From the human T2T-CHM13v2.0 reference genome, Homo sapiens, in assembly GCF_009914755.1 (NCBI RefSeq), contig NC_060926.1: a DNA stretch of 64,000 nt. The stretch is one strand, 5' to 3'. A program made the position numbers and the translations under genes. This document shows positions 1-15,194 of this stretch, one piece after another; position 1 is the stretch's first letter, and each line of letters begins with the position of its first letter. A model generated the notes under the pieces. That model was not told where the DNA came from. It saw only the letters and a list, made by a program, of their open reading frames with translations, and did not search any database.

Positions 1-494
1 TAAATGTAACTTCATTAATAACAATAATGATGGTACAGCAATACAATTTATAAAACCACTTCGTGAAAGTCATCTGAAATTGTAAGGTGATTTTTTTTTT
101 CATGTAGATCATTTTGCTGTTTCTTCTTAGAAATGGAACTACACATGGTGTACAAATGGTCTGTACAAAGTCAGACCATCTCTTCTAGTTGTATGACTCT
201 AATTCTAGAAAGAAGCATTGCTTCAGTGACCTGGAAAGAGTAAACAGGCTTAATTTATATCACGAGATAGTTGGGTAAAGTAAAAATGATAGATTCTTAG
301 CTTAAGGGATTGGGACATATTAAAACAGATGACAAAAATAACTTTAAATGTTTTTTTAAAAAATCTTAGAGAATAAGACGTTAAATAACGTTAGTTATTT
401 TTGAATATTTTAAGTTAGGTTAAAAAAAATCCACTTGGCTGGCAAAATTCCAGAAAGGCACGAATTAATGTTGGGAAGGGCAAAGGGTTCAGAG

Positions 495-640
495 CCATCC
501 AGCAATGGGTTCAGATTCTGACATGCCATTTACTAGCTGTGCCATCTTTAGTAACTCAGCATCTCTGAGCTTCAGGTTCCTTATATATAAATGAGATAAT
601 ACTGTCACTGATTTGTTATGGGGATTAAATTAGATAATGT
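495..640. mobile_element. MIR fragment
   Basis: gggttcagattctg...ctgagcttcaggttcctt...aaatgagataat core. Confidence 0.7.
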
Positions 641-1959
641 TCTTTTATACTATCAAAGATCTGTGCCTTACTGTGTGGTTTTCTTTTTACTGGAATTTAT
701 TATCTCGTGAATTTTTATGGCAAAAAAGGGGGACTGATGAAGAAAGTCAGTGAAATGTTTCCATCCAAAGGGCTAAAGTTTTCATGTGATAGGTTTAAAA
801 TATTAGGGAAATTGTCTTTGAAAGTGTTTGCCTTCACCATGTAGAGAGTAAGGTATACTTATATGTCTTGATTCTTTAATTAATAATTCGACTTTGCTTG
901 CCACTTAAAAATTAGAATCAAATTCTGAATGGAGAGTAAAGCCCACATATATATTGGAAGGGAACCAGGCAATAAACTATCTGATTTACAGAAAACAAAG
1001 TGTTTCATGAATGCTTTCCTTAACCCAAGCTTTACTTGTAACTTGAGCCAGGTTTTAATTTTTGAAAAAATTTAAATGGCAAAAATATGTGAACCTACAA
1101 ATAAATAGGGAGTGATAATCGACTGTTGAGGCCAGTGAGTGAACATGTATTTGATGTGGCCCTGAGATAGAGGCTGTGAAAGGAGTTTCTTGGAACTTAT
1201 CAGGAGCCCCCAGAGCATAGGTTCACACTTTATACCTCGTGACTTTTAGAGCAGGCAGGGTCTGTATTCAGGCCTGCAGAAAAATAAGTGTAACACTTTT
1301 TTGAACTGTATAAAAACAATGCTTCTTTCTATTTGTGTTTGGTTTATATTACCTAAGAAGCATGTTCTGTATTATTAGGGTAGATACCACTTCTGTGTTT
1401 ATTCTAATGAAAATGAAGAAGGAAACAGTCCCCACCAATATTGTGAAGTACTTAATGGTTTTTAAAATCTCTACGAGACTGGCCAAAGTAAAAATATAAA
1501 TGAAATAAATGGAAATGTAGCCGTTACTTTCCAGTTTATGTGAGTATCACGATGCAATATTTGGAACTGATTGCAACTGCTGTAAAGTACTTTGAGGAAA
1601 CCCATTAGAAGAGAATTAAAACTTGAACAGATTAGCTGATCTCTAATGGCCCTAGGAGAAGATCTTGTATTGCTTCAAAATCTTTTCTGATTCTCATCAC
1701 TCAACCTTCTTGGCTATGTAAACAAAGGAAGCTTTCCTTTTGTTTTCCAGACGTTTGGAAAACAAAATTTTCCAGAGCTGTGCATCTGCCAGGAAATGTT
1801 TCTTTTAACCTGATATCATAGATAGTTTTAAAAGCTAAAGTAAACTCTGGATTTTAGATTTCTATATCCCAGGTTGAGAGTAATAAAACTAAAAGAGGAA
1901 GCTTTTTAGGTGCTAGTGATTATTTAGTGATGGTAACAGGGATCACTGATATTTTTACT

Positions 1960-2590
1960 TTCTTTTTTGTATGTTGATTTTGTATCCTGTGACCTCGCTG
2001 AGTGTATTCATGAGTTCTAATAGTTGTGTGTGTATTTCTTAGGATTTTATATATATACACATGATTATGTCATCTGTGAATAGAGATAGTTTTGCTTTTT
2101 CCTTTCCAATCTGGTTGCTTTTAATTTTTTTTTCTTGCCCGATTGGCCTGGCTAGGACCTCCAGGAGAATGTTAAATAGTAGTGGAGTGAGTAGACATCT
2201 TTGGTTTGTTTCTCATCTTGAAAGGAAAGCTTTGTCATTCACTGTTGAGTATGATATTATCTGTTGGTTTTTCATAGATGCCCTTTATCAGGTTAAGGAA
2301 GTTTCCTTCTGTTCCTAGTTTGTTGAGTGTTTTTAAGCACAAAAGGATGTGTGATTTTTGTCAAAGGCTTTTCTACATGTATTGAGATGGTCATATGGGT
2401 TTTAATCTATTAATACTTTAATATACTTTAATAGACTTTAATCTATTAATATACTTTTATATACTTTAATACATTGACTGATTTTTATATGTTGAACCAA
2501 CCTTGCATTCCTGGACTATGTCACTTGGTTATGGTATATAATCCTTTTATATATCACTGGATTTGTTTTGCTAGTATTTTGTTGAATGAC
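1960..2590 (-). mobile_element. Old L1 (L1M) ORF2 fragment
   Basis: gttgattttgtatcctg, atgtcatctgtgaatagagatag, gttgaaccaaccttgcattcc motifs. Confidence 0.85.
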
Positions 2591-3748
2591 TTCCTTTTTC
2601 AGAAACAGTTGCCTATTTTCTTCTTTGATAATGAAAGTTCATGAACACTTGAGATAAAAATAAAGGAATATGACTTTCTCAGGACATGCCCATGGAAACA
2701 TGAAAGCATTGTTTCTGCATATTCTCTGAATGATAGTCCTGTAAGTAAGAATAATCAAATCTCAAAAGAGATTTGAGTACTTGAGTACTCAAGTTCAGAA
2801 ACTTTTATGTAATGATTTTCTGAAGAATTTTAACTTGACACCTGCTTAAGAAATTCTCACATAATGTAATTTCTTATATGACACATTTAGATTTTAGGTC
2901 CTGATCTTGTGCAAGTCATTCAATTTTTTTAGCTTAGTCCTCTAATGAGTAAACAGGATTATAAGGAAGAAATAAAATATGCAGTGAATATGCTCATAAG
3001 ATGTTACATGATGGGAAGATATAATTATTTATATAAGTATGTAAGTATAATTATTTAGCACAGGGGTCAAAAATTCAAATACCTTCAGGGCCAAGTAGAC
3101 CAAATAAATGTCTGAAACAGTATCACAGTTGGATGTGATGGGGCTTGTGGTCCATTTGAAGCTCTACTACCTTGCTTCAATACATTCAGATGAAAAGCAA
3201 AACAAGCAAAATACAGTAAACAACACACACCCACACCTGTACTTTCTTGGCCAGACATCATACATCTGCCTCTATAGAATCCCTCATTCAGGGGGTCACT
3301 GATGAAGTGTAAGGCCCTAGGGTTGAGCTTCAGCTCCACTGTGGGGTAGGTTTTTACCTTCTCCAAAGCTTCATTTTTTCATTTGTAAAATGCAGATAAT
3401 GTGTGTCTTGCCTAACTCTAAGGGCTGTTGTAAGAGGTTTAAATGGCATAACAGATAGAAATGATTCAAGCTATTAAGTCCTTTATAAATGTGTGGAATG
3501 TTGTTTCTCCGTATAAATCTTAGCTTTTCTATTATCTCAACAAAGGTGATTTTCTTGTTAAGAAGGTTTAGTAGCCAGGCATTGGACAACTCCAGAAGAC
3601 CAGCTAGAAACATCTTTTTTCAATAGTAGAATAACCTTGGTAATAGTTTCAAGCCCATTTAATATACTTCCTGGACTTGAATTGTTACCTGGATCACCCC
3701 ACTGTCATTCCAGCAAAAAGATCCATGATACGTTCTTCTCACCATTAG

Positions 3749-4078
<330 letters not shown>

Positions 4079-5844
4079 AGATATGGGAATTGTTATGACA
4101 CTATGGCAGTATGCATCATAATTCTTACAAACCAGATACATTATCTCTGAGGGCTTTCTGTGGTTTCCTTAACATATAAACAGAAAGTCAGAACTTGTTG
4201 TATTTTGGTATACTAGAATTTGAAAGAGTTTGATTTCTACAGTTTTCTGACCACAGTAAATCCAGTGTTGACATCTTGATGCCTTTGTGGGAGGTTCCTT
4301 TGGAGCAAGATGTAACTCAGTGTCTGCACAAGATCTGCCAAGTAGCCCTGCCACAGCAGTGCCAGGCTCAGCTTACTAGTTACCCTCAGTCAGCGGGCAC
4401 AGTCATAGAAACCCACGAGTCACAAGTTTATTGAGCTCCTTCTATGCATAACACACCATGCTGGCTTGGGGACAGTGAAAAAGTAATGTGGCCCCTGCTC
4501 TGAAGAAGCATGGAGTCTGTGTGGAGAGAAACCAGTATCTGTGAAATAGCTATAGAGTCTGGGCTCTTAGACTGTTAGATCTGTCTGGAAGGAACCTTAG
4601 AGATCATCTTTCCAGCCCACCTCCCTCAATGTACAGCAGAGAAAGTGATGCCTATAACTAAATGCTTATTTCTATGGTGTAGTCCAGGGCTTATCAAATT
4701 TAGCTGCTTCCCAGAATCAGCTGGGGATCCAGAGTGCCTGGGGTAGGGACCCAGGTATTTATTTTGGAGTTCATAAGTCCTATAGTTTGCTTATTGGATT
4801 TGGGAATGGTAACAGGCTGAGAGTGGTTTTGGAATCTAGGATTTTGGGAGCTCAGTGAAAGACCAAGAAAGAGCCTCAGGGAGGAAATGATGTTGCATAA
4901 AGGGGAGGTAAGATTGAGGGAGACTGGAGCCTTTGGGGACAGGGGTGCAGTTAGGTGAGCATATGGAATTGGGAACTGGTGTGGCCGAGGTGATGAGGAA
5001 GATGTTTTACGTCACGTGACTCTCTTGGACAGCAAGGGGCTGTAGGAGATTTTGTACATTTGCTTTGAAAAAGAGCTGTGAGTATATTTCTGCTAAAGAC
5101 ATTTTGATAGTCAATTTGACTTTTTTTTTTTTAGTTTTAAGAAAGTATGTAATTGCATCACAATTAATTCTTCAATTCCAAATTGATTATATTCGACAAA
5201 GCGTGATATTTTTCTTTAGTTTATCATCAAATCATAGTTAGTCTGTTCACTGCCATCTCAAAATAGTTGAGACAGAAACTGATAATTTCATATACTCAGT
5301 TTCCGAATTTCTTGGTAATAAAGTAATTTATATGCAATATGCTAATATATTTGGATAAAGAGGTGTACTATGGACAACCAATGAAAACACTTAACATCTA
5401 TAAGCTATTCTTTTTGAAAATAATTTTATTCTCAAAGTGAATTCTCTTTATGGAACTTTTGATATTATAAAGATACACGAAATTGGACAATCTATATAAA
5501 TCCTTCATAATAAATTTTATTTCTCCAATGTGTATAATAAGACATCAAACAGAATTCCCCTTTTATGGAAAAACTATTTTATACCTATGCATATTTTATG
5601 GTTGTGTTCATTTTCTTTTTCTAAGAAATTTAACTCTATGATTTAACTTATTTTTAAACGATGCATAATACGTGCACATTTTTATAGGGTACGTATAATA
5701 TAATATTTTGTTACATGCATACGACGTGTAATGATCAAGTCTGGTTGTGTTCATTTCACTGTCGAACTGTCAAACACAAGCAGTGCTTTTTGGTACTGTT
5801 ACATTTTTCCTCGTTGTGTGGGTTGGTTGAAGGCAGGAACCGTA

Positions 5845-6140
5845 ATGATTAAGAACACAGACTGTGAACCAGATAGTCTGAGTTCTGATCCCCTGCTCTG
5901 CCACCAGCTAGCTGTGGATAGCTCTATTTTGTCTATTGTGAATAGTGGAAAAGAAAGAATAATACCTACCTCAAAGGATTAATGTGAGGATTAAATGAGC
6001 TAATATGCGTAAAGTGTTTAGTACAGTTAAGTGCACAATGTGTTTAGCTATGATTACTTTTTAAGTTGTTATTAATTGTACCTGGCATATGACCTGACAC
6101 ATAGCATGTGGTCGCTGAGTGTTTATTGACTAAATGAGGG
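5845..6140. mobile_element. MIR followed by L2 3'-end fragment
   Basis: atacctacctcaaagg...gaggattaaatgagctaat; cctgacacatag...gtttattgactaaatga. Confidence 0.7.
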
Positions 6141-7194
6141 ACTGTACCGATTACTGTAAAGTTTTGTTAAATAGAATACTTTTTTTTCTAAGCTATTTCC
6201 ATCCTGTATATGCCCAAAGGCATCAACAATTTGTAGTAGAATAGTTTAATCAATGAGAGAGAATATTTGGTCAGAAAGATTGGTGTGGTCACGTGGAATA
6301 GCTAATGGCACTGTGGGCAAGGGAGCGTTTTTGATGAAGTCATAGAACTTTGTGGCTTTCACTGGGAATCTCGAGCCTGAGCCAGAACCCATACCGTCTG
6401 ATTCCAGGCTGAGACAAGGGCAGCACTTTGTTCAGTGGCTGGTCCCTGGAGCTGGCTCACTCCGTACTCCCTTCTCTCCCTCTCTGCCTCTCCTTCCACC
6501 ACCCCCTCCATTCTTCCTCCCTTAGCCTTGTAAAGCTGAGGATCCTTAACCTGGAGGTCAGGGAATCCCTCTCATCGTCTCTGCATTTCTGTTCCTTTCT
6601 TTCATTTTTGTCTTTCCTGAGAAGAGAGCCTACAGCTTTCTTCAGACTCCCAAAGGCAGCCGTGACCCCGCTTCCGTGAGGGTGGAAGTGGCTCTGGCAG
6701 CAGCCGTTTTCCATTATGAGCAGATGCTGAGGTGGAGCTCAGAGAACTGTAAGAACTCTATTCCTTTGTGAGTGTTTCTAGCAGCAGAGGAAACGGTGGG
6801 CACGAAGAGGGTAGCTTGGCAAAGCCGTTGTGCCAAGCAGAAGTGCGGTGATTGTGAAGACACTGTGGAGTCCCTTCTTGACTGCCTGGACCAGCAGGGG
6901 CTTGCGGTGACCTGGCCAGGTCATAAGCACAATGCAGGCCATGGTTTGGAAGGTACTCCAGGAAAACCTCAGTGCCTGTAGGGCGTTCTCTTGTCTGTCA
7001 TTTCCTCATGGCACAGTGGAGTCAGGTAGCTTAGATTTGCCTGAACTGCAAACCGGCTGATTGACATAGACTTTCTCGTAGCAAGGCACAACTGCTAAAT
7101 GAAAAATACCGTTGTTCTTTGCTTAAAATAAAATTAAGGGGGCAATGTTGTATATAAATACTTAGGAATTCAAATGCATTATTTTAAGAGCCGT

Positions 7195-7520
7195 TTTATT
7201 TCATTTTATTTTATTTTATCCTTTTTTTGAGACGGAGTTTTGCTCTTGTTGCCCAGGCTGGAGTGCAGTGGCACAATCTGGCACGATCTTGGCTCACCAC
7301 AACCTCCGCCTCCCGGGTTCAAGTGATTCTCCTGCCTTAGCCTCCTGAGTAGCTGGAATTACAGGGATGCATCACCATGCCCAGCTAATTTTGTATTTTT
7401 AGTAGAGATGGGGTTTTTCCATGTTGGTCAGGCTGGTCTTGAACTCCCAACCACAGGTGATCTGCCTGCCTTGGCCTCCCAAAGTTCTAGGAATACAGGC
7501 ATGAGCCACCAAGCCCAGCC
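7195..7520 (-). mobile_element. AluS
   Basis: Alu body with TSD aagagcc(g/a)ttttat. Confidence 0.93.
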
Positions 7521-9705
7521 AAGAGCCATTTTATAAGAATGCATATCACACTATGTCCCAAGGGCTTTTCAAGTATTAATTGGAATTTGAGTTGTCTAGG
7601 TCACTACTCCATGACAAAATCATGACTAAATAGCTTCACATATCCCTTTTATAGCTGTAGTGTAAGTCCTTGATTTTTTCCCCTCCATTATGCAATATTC
7701 AAATTTATCACACAACAGCTTTAACGTAACTGTTGGCAGTGCACTTTTTGTTGCTGAGGCAGGATGAAGGACTTTTTAATATAGTCTGGCTAGACACCAA
7801 GAGTACAGAAGTGATCCATTTTCCCCTGGCAGCTAGGTGGAAGACAGTCCATGTTGGGACATTTACTTAAGCATGGCCAGACAGGAGGGCTTTATCAGGA
7901 TAACATTCTTTTGCCAAGTATGTGTGATAAAGCCAGAGTTAGACTTTGGGAATTTGGACCTTGTCTATATTTAGCATCCAGAAACCACTATGGGGCTGTC
8001 ATTGGTTAGGTGTTTCCAGTCCCAGTTCTTGCTGCAGTTAGATAGTTTGTTCTGAAGTTTGTCCATTCATTCATTCGTTTGTTCGTATTTCAACATATCT
8101 CACTTTTTCCTGACATTGTTTACTTATAGGACGTTTTTAGAACTATCTGAATTATTTTTGATGAGAAAATCTCATAATGAGAATTAAAATTAAGAAAAAC
8201 TAGAAATGCTTATGTAATTTGGCAGATCCTCTTAAAAAGCTTTTCAAGAAACCAGATATTAAAAAAAATCCCTAAATCAAGGGAAGAACTATCAATACAA
8301 ATTTTTCTTTAAAGGAATTTAAAAAACACACAAGAGCTTTCTGTGAGATTACATCTCAGTTTTATCCCTAAGAGACATAATTCCTCTACAGAGGCTGCCT
8401 ACTGAGAACTGTTGATCAACCAGAGGCCAAATGTGAGTTTACTTCTGACCATGCCACTCACTTGAATCTGATTTTTTTATTTTCATGTCTATAAAGTGAG
8501 GATGGGGACACTATCCTGTCTAACGCATGGGGTTGTGTGAGAATTAAATGAATTTTCACAGCTAACCTATGACAGTACCTTACACTCAACCCTCAATAAA
8601 TCAGAAGAGTTTTCCCCCAATGGTTCTGTGTGTCAGAAAGTGTGACAGGTGAATCAGAGTTAATTATAGAGGCCCTGTGATCCTAATCCACAGTCTCCCT
8701 ATTCTTTTGTCTGTGAATATAGAACATGGGTGGGTCAGAGGCCAAATGGTTCCTAAGCCAGATGATGAGGGGGTGCAGGTCAGGGGACGTTCAGGAAGGC
8801 CGGATGCAGGGTGGAGGCTCAACAGAAGGTCTTCTGTTGGAGGAAGTGCCTGGGTGAGCAGGTGGTCACTGACATGGTGGCGATTTTCTCGCTTGCCCAG
8901 CTCTGCTTGGGTTGGCTGCCCAGAGGCATCCTCTTCTGTCTCCAGATCTGAGTGAAGGAGAGAGAGGTGCTTTTAGAAAGAATTGACTTGTAGTTTGGAA
9001 ACTCCTTCCTGGTTAGAGAAAATGGGCCTCTGTATCAAGACTTTTTCTTTTTTAAAATATTTGTATAAATGTATGGAGTACAAGTGTAATTTTGTAACTT
9101 GCTTAGATTGCATAGTGGTGAAGTCAGGGATTTTAGGGTTTCCGTCACCTGAGTGACAGACATTGTACCCAGTGAGTAATTCCTAACCCTTGTCGTCCTA
9201 CTTCCTGAGGACAGTGACCTGATTCCACTTGTGGACTGTGGGCTTGGCTTACCTTGTGGATGGCTCCAGCCCCCAGCAGAAAACTTAGAAGCATCAGATC
9301 TTAGTGTTGCTGTGGCTTTCTGCCTGTGGTTCAGGCTGCATTGCTGGTTTCCGAACCTTGCTTTTCCTTGACCTCTGTGTGTATCCCAGATCTCTACTGT
9401 GATCTGACTTTGTAGCCTCTTCCTTGATCCTGATTGCCAGCTACTGGGTACAACTTAGTCTGCTCCCAGCCCAATAAAGACCCCACCTCTGGTTCCAACC
9501 TTTTCCTGGCTGTCATCCTAGGTTTCCACCTTCTTGAGAGCCATCTTTTTTAGAGAAGTGCAGAGTTCACTATCCAGGTCCTTTGGCAGCATCCTGGCCG
9601 GGGGTGGGGGCAACATACAGATCATTTCCCTCAAGTAAAACATTGAGGCACACTGGTTAGTGCTTGGTTCATGCCTGTGTTTTTTCTTTTTCTGGAGTCT
9701 TGCCT

Positions 9706-9734
9706 TAATATATATATATATATATATTTTTTTT
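9706..9734. repeat. (TA)n followed by T-tract
   Basis: direct reading. Confidence 0.9.
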
Positions 9735-9879
9735 GCTAATACACAGACTGTCCTTCACGGCTGCGCCTATGCGTCACTGAAATTCAGTGTACAGATTATG
9801 CCACGCGGTAATTTTGGAAATTCAAACTGAAATGGAGCCGGCTATTCCGTATCTTGATCGGAATGGATGCATATAAGAA

Positions 9880-12130
9880 TCAAAGTAACAGGGCAATAAT
9901 ACAAGTTAATTGATTTCCTACATGTCAGTAAACAACAATTGAAATCTGATTTGAAATGAAAGAAAAATCATTTACAATAGCACCCCCAAAATTGAGTCCT
10001 TGTATAAACCTAACAAAATATGTACAAATGTGCATTCAGAAAACTTTGAAACACAGTTGGAAAAAAAATTAGACAAAAGCTAAATAAATAATTCCTCCAA
10101 ACTTGATCTATAGACCCAGTGCAATTCCAATCAAAATCCCAGCAAAGACACCAATAAAATGTTTCTAAACCTAAAATAGACAATATAAGACTGAGGAGGA
10201 ACAAAGATGAAGAATTCACACATCCAGATTCCAAGACTTATAAATCTCTGAAGAGAGTGTAACATTGGGGAAGAAATGGTCACACAGACAAATGGAACAA
10301 TACAGAGAGCCCCTAAATAGACCAACATAAATATAGCCAACTGATTCTGTCAAAGAGCAAAGCTGCTCAGTGGAGAAAAGAGTCTTTTCCATAAATGGTG
10401 ATGAAACAGCCAGATTACCTTGTGGGATAAAACGAATGTACAAACAAACTTTACAACGTACACAAAAATACATACAAAATTATTCATAGACTTATAATTT
10501 AAAGTAGAAAACTGTAAAAATTCTAGGATAGAACATAGAAGAAAATCTACCTGACCTTGCATTTGGTGATGAGGTTTTATACACAGCACCAAAAGCCAAT
10601 CCAGGAAAGGAAAACATGATAATGTAGACCTTATTAAAACTGAAAATGTCTACTCCATAAAAGACCCCATTAGGAGAATGAAAAGGCAAGGCACATACTG
10701 GGAGAAAATATTTGGAAAACATCTACTAAAAAAGGACTGTTATTCAAAGTATACCAAGAAAGTAAAACTCAACCAGAAGGAAACAAACCATCCAAGTAAA
10801 AATGGGTGATGATCTGAACAGACACCTCACCAAGAATATATAAAGATGGCAAATAAGCATTACCAAAAGCAGCTCAATAGCATATGTCATCAGGGGATTG
10901 CAAGTTACAACAACAGTGAGGTAGCTGTGTGGCTGTGAGGGTGTTTCTGGAAGAGATGAGCACTGAATGGGTAGACTGAGGATGGGCCATGCTCACCAGT
11001 GTGAGTGAGTGCCATCCGATGCACTGGGGGCCCAAATAGAACAATGCAGTCTCTCTCTCCTTGAGTTGCAGCTTTCGTCTTCTGTCCTTCCTGGTTCTCA
11101 AGCCTTTGGACTCTGAGACTGCACCAGTGGCTCCCCACTTGACTATCAGGTCTTCAGGCTTGTGTGTTATACCACTGGTGTTCCTGGTTCTCCAGCTTGT
11201 AGGCAGTAGACTGTGGGACTTCTTGGCCTCTATAATCATGGGAGTCAATTCCCATAATAAATCTCTCTCTTTTTTTTTTTTTTTTCTGAGACAGGGTCTG
11301 GCTCTGTTGCCCAGGCTGTTGTGCAGCAGCGCCATCTCGGCTCATTGTAGCCTTGACTTCCTGGGCTTAAGCAATCTTCCCACCTCACCTCCCCGAGGGG
11401 CTAGGACCACAAGTGTGCACCACCACGCTGGCTAATTTTTTGTAGAGACGCTGTTTCACCATGTTGTCCAGGCTGGTCTCGAACTCCTGAGCGATCCACC
11501 CATCTCTGCCTCTCAAAGCGTTGGGATTACAGGCGTGGGCCACTGCACTGGGCACAAATATCTCTCTCTATATAGAGATATGTGTGTATATATATGTAAA
11601 TATATATAAGTATATAAATATAAAATTCCTATTGGTTCTCTTAGAACAACTCAAATATAAAAAAATGACAATAGCAATTGCTATGGAGGATTAGGAACAA
11701 CAGGAGCTTATCACTGCGGGTGGAAGGCATAATGGTACAGCCACTGGCAGTGCCAATGGTAGTTTTGTCTCAAAGCTAAACATAGTCTCACCATATGGTC
11801 TAAGAAAGCAGCTGTGCTCCTGGGTCATCAACTGCTTTGAAAACTTATGTCCAAACAAAAAAACATGCAGTTATGTACAGCACCCTCTATTCAGATATTT
11901 AAGTTTCCAGACACTTTAAATCAGGATGTCCTTCAATAGGTGAATAAAAAACAAGCTGAAGCACATTCACACAATGGAATACTACTCATCGATGAAAAGG
12001 AATGAGCTGTCAAGTCGCTCAAAGGCAGGAGTGAGCCTTCAATGTATATGACCAAGTGAGAGTGGTGGAGAGAAGAGGCTGCACTATTCTATTTAGATGC
12101 CCTTCTGGAAAGGTGAAGGTAGAGACACGA
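9880..12130 (+). mobile_element. Old L1M ORF2 3' end/3'UTR, interrupted by an MLT2 LTR
   Basis: gcaattccaatcaaaatcccagc, gatctgaacagacacctcacc, acaatggaatactactca motifs. Confidence 0.85.
10926..11659 (+). mobile_element. MLT2-type (ERVL) solo LTR containing an antisense AluJ (~11265-11555)
   Basis: gtgagggtgtttctggaagag...cccaaatagaaca...ataataaatctctct...cctattggttct. Confidence 0.8.
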
Positions 12131-15100
12131 GGAGATCTGGGCTTGCTAGTGGTTTGTGAGGAGGCTGTTGAATAGGGGAATGGGGAATGGCAGGAGGTCC
12201 CTGGGGCCAGGGGGCCATGGGCTTCCTCTGGCTGTCAGCCATGGGGAGCATTTGCGGAGAAGCTTAGCTGGCTTACCAGCGTGAGCGCGGCTACTTTTCC
12301 CTAGGAAGGGATCCCATCGCAAGTGGATCTCTTTGGGGGCATTCTGGGGAGGATATTTTACCCACACTTTGTGATTTCTCAGGACCACGTGGAGACCCAT
12401 CCTTGGGCGCAGGCCCAGCTCTTCGTTTTAGCCAGGTGAAGACGCACAGATGGGAACAACTTCATTCTCTGGGACTCAGTTTTTCCTCTGCAGTGAAATC
12501 AAGCTCCAGTATTTCATTCTCTGTTTTAAATTCAATTCCTTTTATCTTGTCCTTCCATTCAATGGGTCTTAAGAAATGTTTTCTAGAACCTCAAGGGGTG
12601 GACGGGACACTTTCTTTAGGGAAAGGTTTTGTCACGTACATGGCATGTTCCTTGGTCCCTGCAGAGGCTCAGGCCTCAGGGCAGCTGCCTCGCTAGGCTT
12701 CAGGACCTCGCAGGTGTCCAGGGGGCCACAGGGGTCTGCATGCGAGGGCAGGGGCAGCAGGTGGGTGCATCACAATGGGGCGTTGGTGACAGTGATGTCC
12801 TGCGGGTCCCCCACCTGCCACCTCCGTTCAGGGAGGTTTCCTTGGGCCCACCCCAGCCGGAGAGACCTTGCCCGAAGTCACCCTCTTCCATGCTATGTGC
12901 CCTGTAGCTGCAGTTTACTGGTGAGCTTGGTAGGGCACAGAGAGGATGGCACCACCAGCTGGAGGGGGACAGGCCCCAACCATGAGCCCAGGATGCAGAG
13001 AGCGGCAGGGATCACCGGAGCCCCCCCGGCTCTGGTGTCTTGGCTCTTCCTGCACACGGTCTCCACATGACGCCCAGCAAGCCGGATCTCAATTTGTTCA
13101 CCCATCCTTTATTTTCTGTATTTATGACTAGTATTTCTCCAGTTTGTCTTTTGTTGGCCTTAGTGACAGTGAGTTTTCCTGTTGAGTTTCTATTCTGTTG
13201 GATCTTTATTTTAGCAGCGGATAGGCAAATTTTGGGTGATGTTTATTAATGCAAAATGGAAGGTGATGATATGTCACACACATCCTTCTGCTTCCTGCAG
13301 CAGTTTCGCTGTGTGCTGTGTCAGAACAAAAACAACAACATCAAAAAGGAAACAAAAAACCAGTAAAGAGTGATGGGGAGGACACTTCTTGGAATAATTC
13401 CCTTGGATGCCCGTTGCGGGTTAAGTCAGAGATGAACTGACTTGGGAAAGGAGCTGAGGAAGAAATCCAAGAATTCAAGAAAGGAGGTGCTGGAACTCAG
13501 GCTGTATTTCCGCAGGTGCATGGAATCTCGCCTGTTTCACTCTGGTAAATTACTCATACTAGCTCCTACTACCATGAGGAAACACAGTCTTCAGAAGTTG
13601 ACAATTAGCAAATTAGAGAATTGCAAAGCCTGTTTTACCCTGAGAACCTGAACCCTTTCTTATTCCTGAAGGGCTTTCCATCAAGGAGTCTGTGTGGTGG
13701 GCAAGAGACTGGATCAATTGAAAATAACAGAAATTGTCACAGTGTTCTTCTAGCAACTGTCACTCACCATAACTATCCCACCCGAGGCTTAACCAGAACC
13801 CTCCCTTCCAAGAGCTGAAGTCGCCCTGAGAAAGAATGAACCCGATACCTGTCCACCCCCACAGGGGCCATCAGGTTGCCATGGAGCTGGGCTGTCTGAG
13901 TCTTGGTCCAGCCTGTTCCTGGCCCTCATCTGGGGCCCTAATGTATGTCTTAAACGCTACCTCTCTCACCATCTAAATATGAAGAGGAAGAAAAGAGAAG
14001 CTGATTCCTGGGGCTAAGGCATTTTAGTGTGGAAGCCAAGTAAAGGCCTCAGAGTCACTCTTGTCTTCTGTCTTTGCTGTTTCACTCCAGTCTCAAAAGC
14101 AATCCTGGTCTTAGGTCTTAGAATCACAGACTGCCGAATGACAGCACCTGCCCTCAGTTCATTTTGCCGCACTTCTTACTTTGACGGTGCCATTTGTGGG
14201 ATTCCTGTTTGCCCATCTTCCTTTCGTGCCGAGGAGGCAAGTGCATCCCTTCACCAGGCCACCACTGCAGGTGTGTGTGTCAGACTGAGGAACAGCAGGG
14301 AGAGGAGAACAGCATATGGTAGGCAGCCCAGGGGAAGCATGCTGGGCCCTTAACCCAGAAGGAGGGTCTCAGTGTGTCCAGTTGCTCATTTCCTTGAAAG
14401 AAAACCCAGATGTCCTCTGAGGTGAACCTAGTGATAGTTTTCCCTTGTAGTTTTAAATGTGCTCATTCAAATTAGAATGCTTAGCCATCCGTCCCATATT
14501 CCGGCATTTTTCCTTTAACCTATGTTTGCAGGGTTGTGAGTTGTGCTGAATAGTATGAAATGTGTTATTAGTGGACGCACCACTGTTGACCTCAGAGCAT
14601 GTGACTAGACAGTGCAGGAGGAGATGTTGTCATGTTACTTTGGATATAAAACGTCCCTAGGTGACCTTGTGGGCCTGATCCACGGTGAAAGGTGGGGAGA
14701 GGGTACTGGAGCAGGGCAGAGGGACTGGATGAGCCTGCATGGGGAGGAAGGCGTGACTGAGGGAAGACAGCTCAGCCCCCCAGGGGAAACCTGAGTTCAG
14801 TGTTGGGGAATGTGAGGACACAATGGCGGGGCAGGATGGCCCTGGCACCAGCGGTGCTGGGGACCGTAGGGGGCCATGCTTTGTGAGAGGCAAACTTGGC
14901 TCCAAGGATGTGAGGCTGGGAGCATGGAGGTGAAAAGGCCGAGAGACAGTGGGGAGCTGAGGCAGGCAGGGCAGAGACGGGGGGCCCAGCAGGGCCTGGG
15001 GCAAGAAATTAAGGATGGGGCAGGGTACCTCCAGCAACTTAGTCACACTGAGGGGATGGGAGGGGTAGCAAGGGACTGGGTGGGGACAAAGTGACAAGAT

Positions 15101-15194
15101 GGGGAGTAGGGAAGTGGGCACTAGTTTGTGTGTTAATAGGTCAGCAAGTCTTTTAGAGTCCTGGGAAGTAAAATAAAAATTAAAACAACAAAAA

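Noticed and set aside
100-250. Exon-like segment with a good acceptor (tttcttcttag) and a possible donor
   Set aside because: No frame gives a recognisable protein and there are no supporting neighbouring exons
6300-7100. Mildly CpG-enriched block with an ETS-like CTTCCG and donor-like motifs
   Set aside because: Too weak for a CpG island and no independent evidence of a promoter or exon
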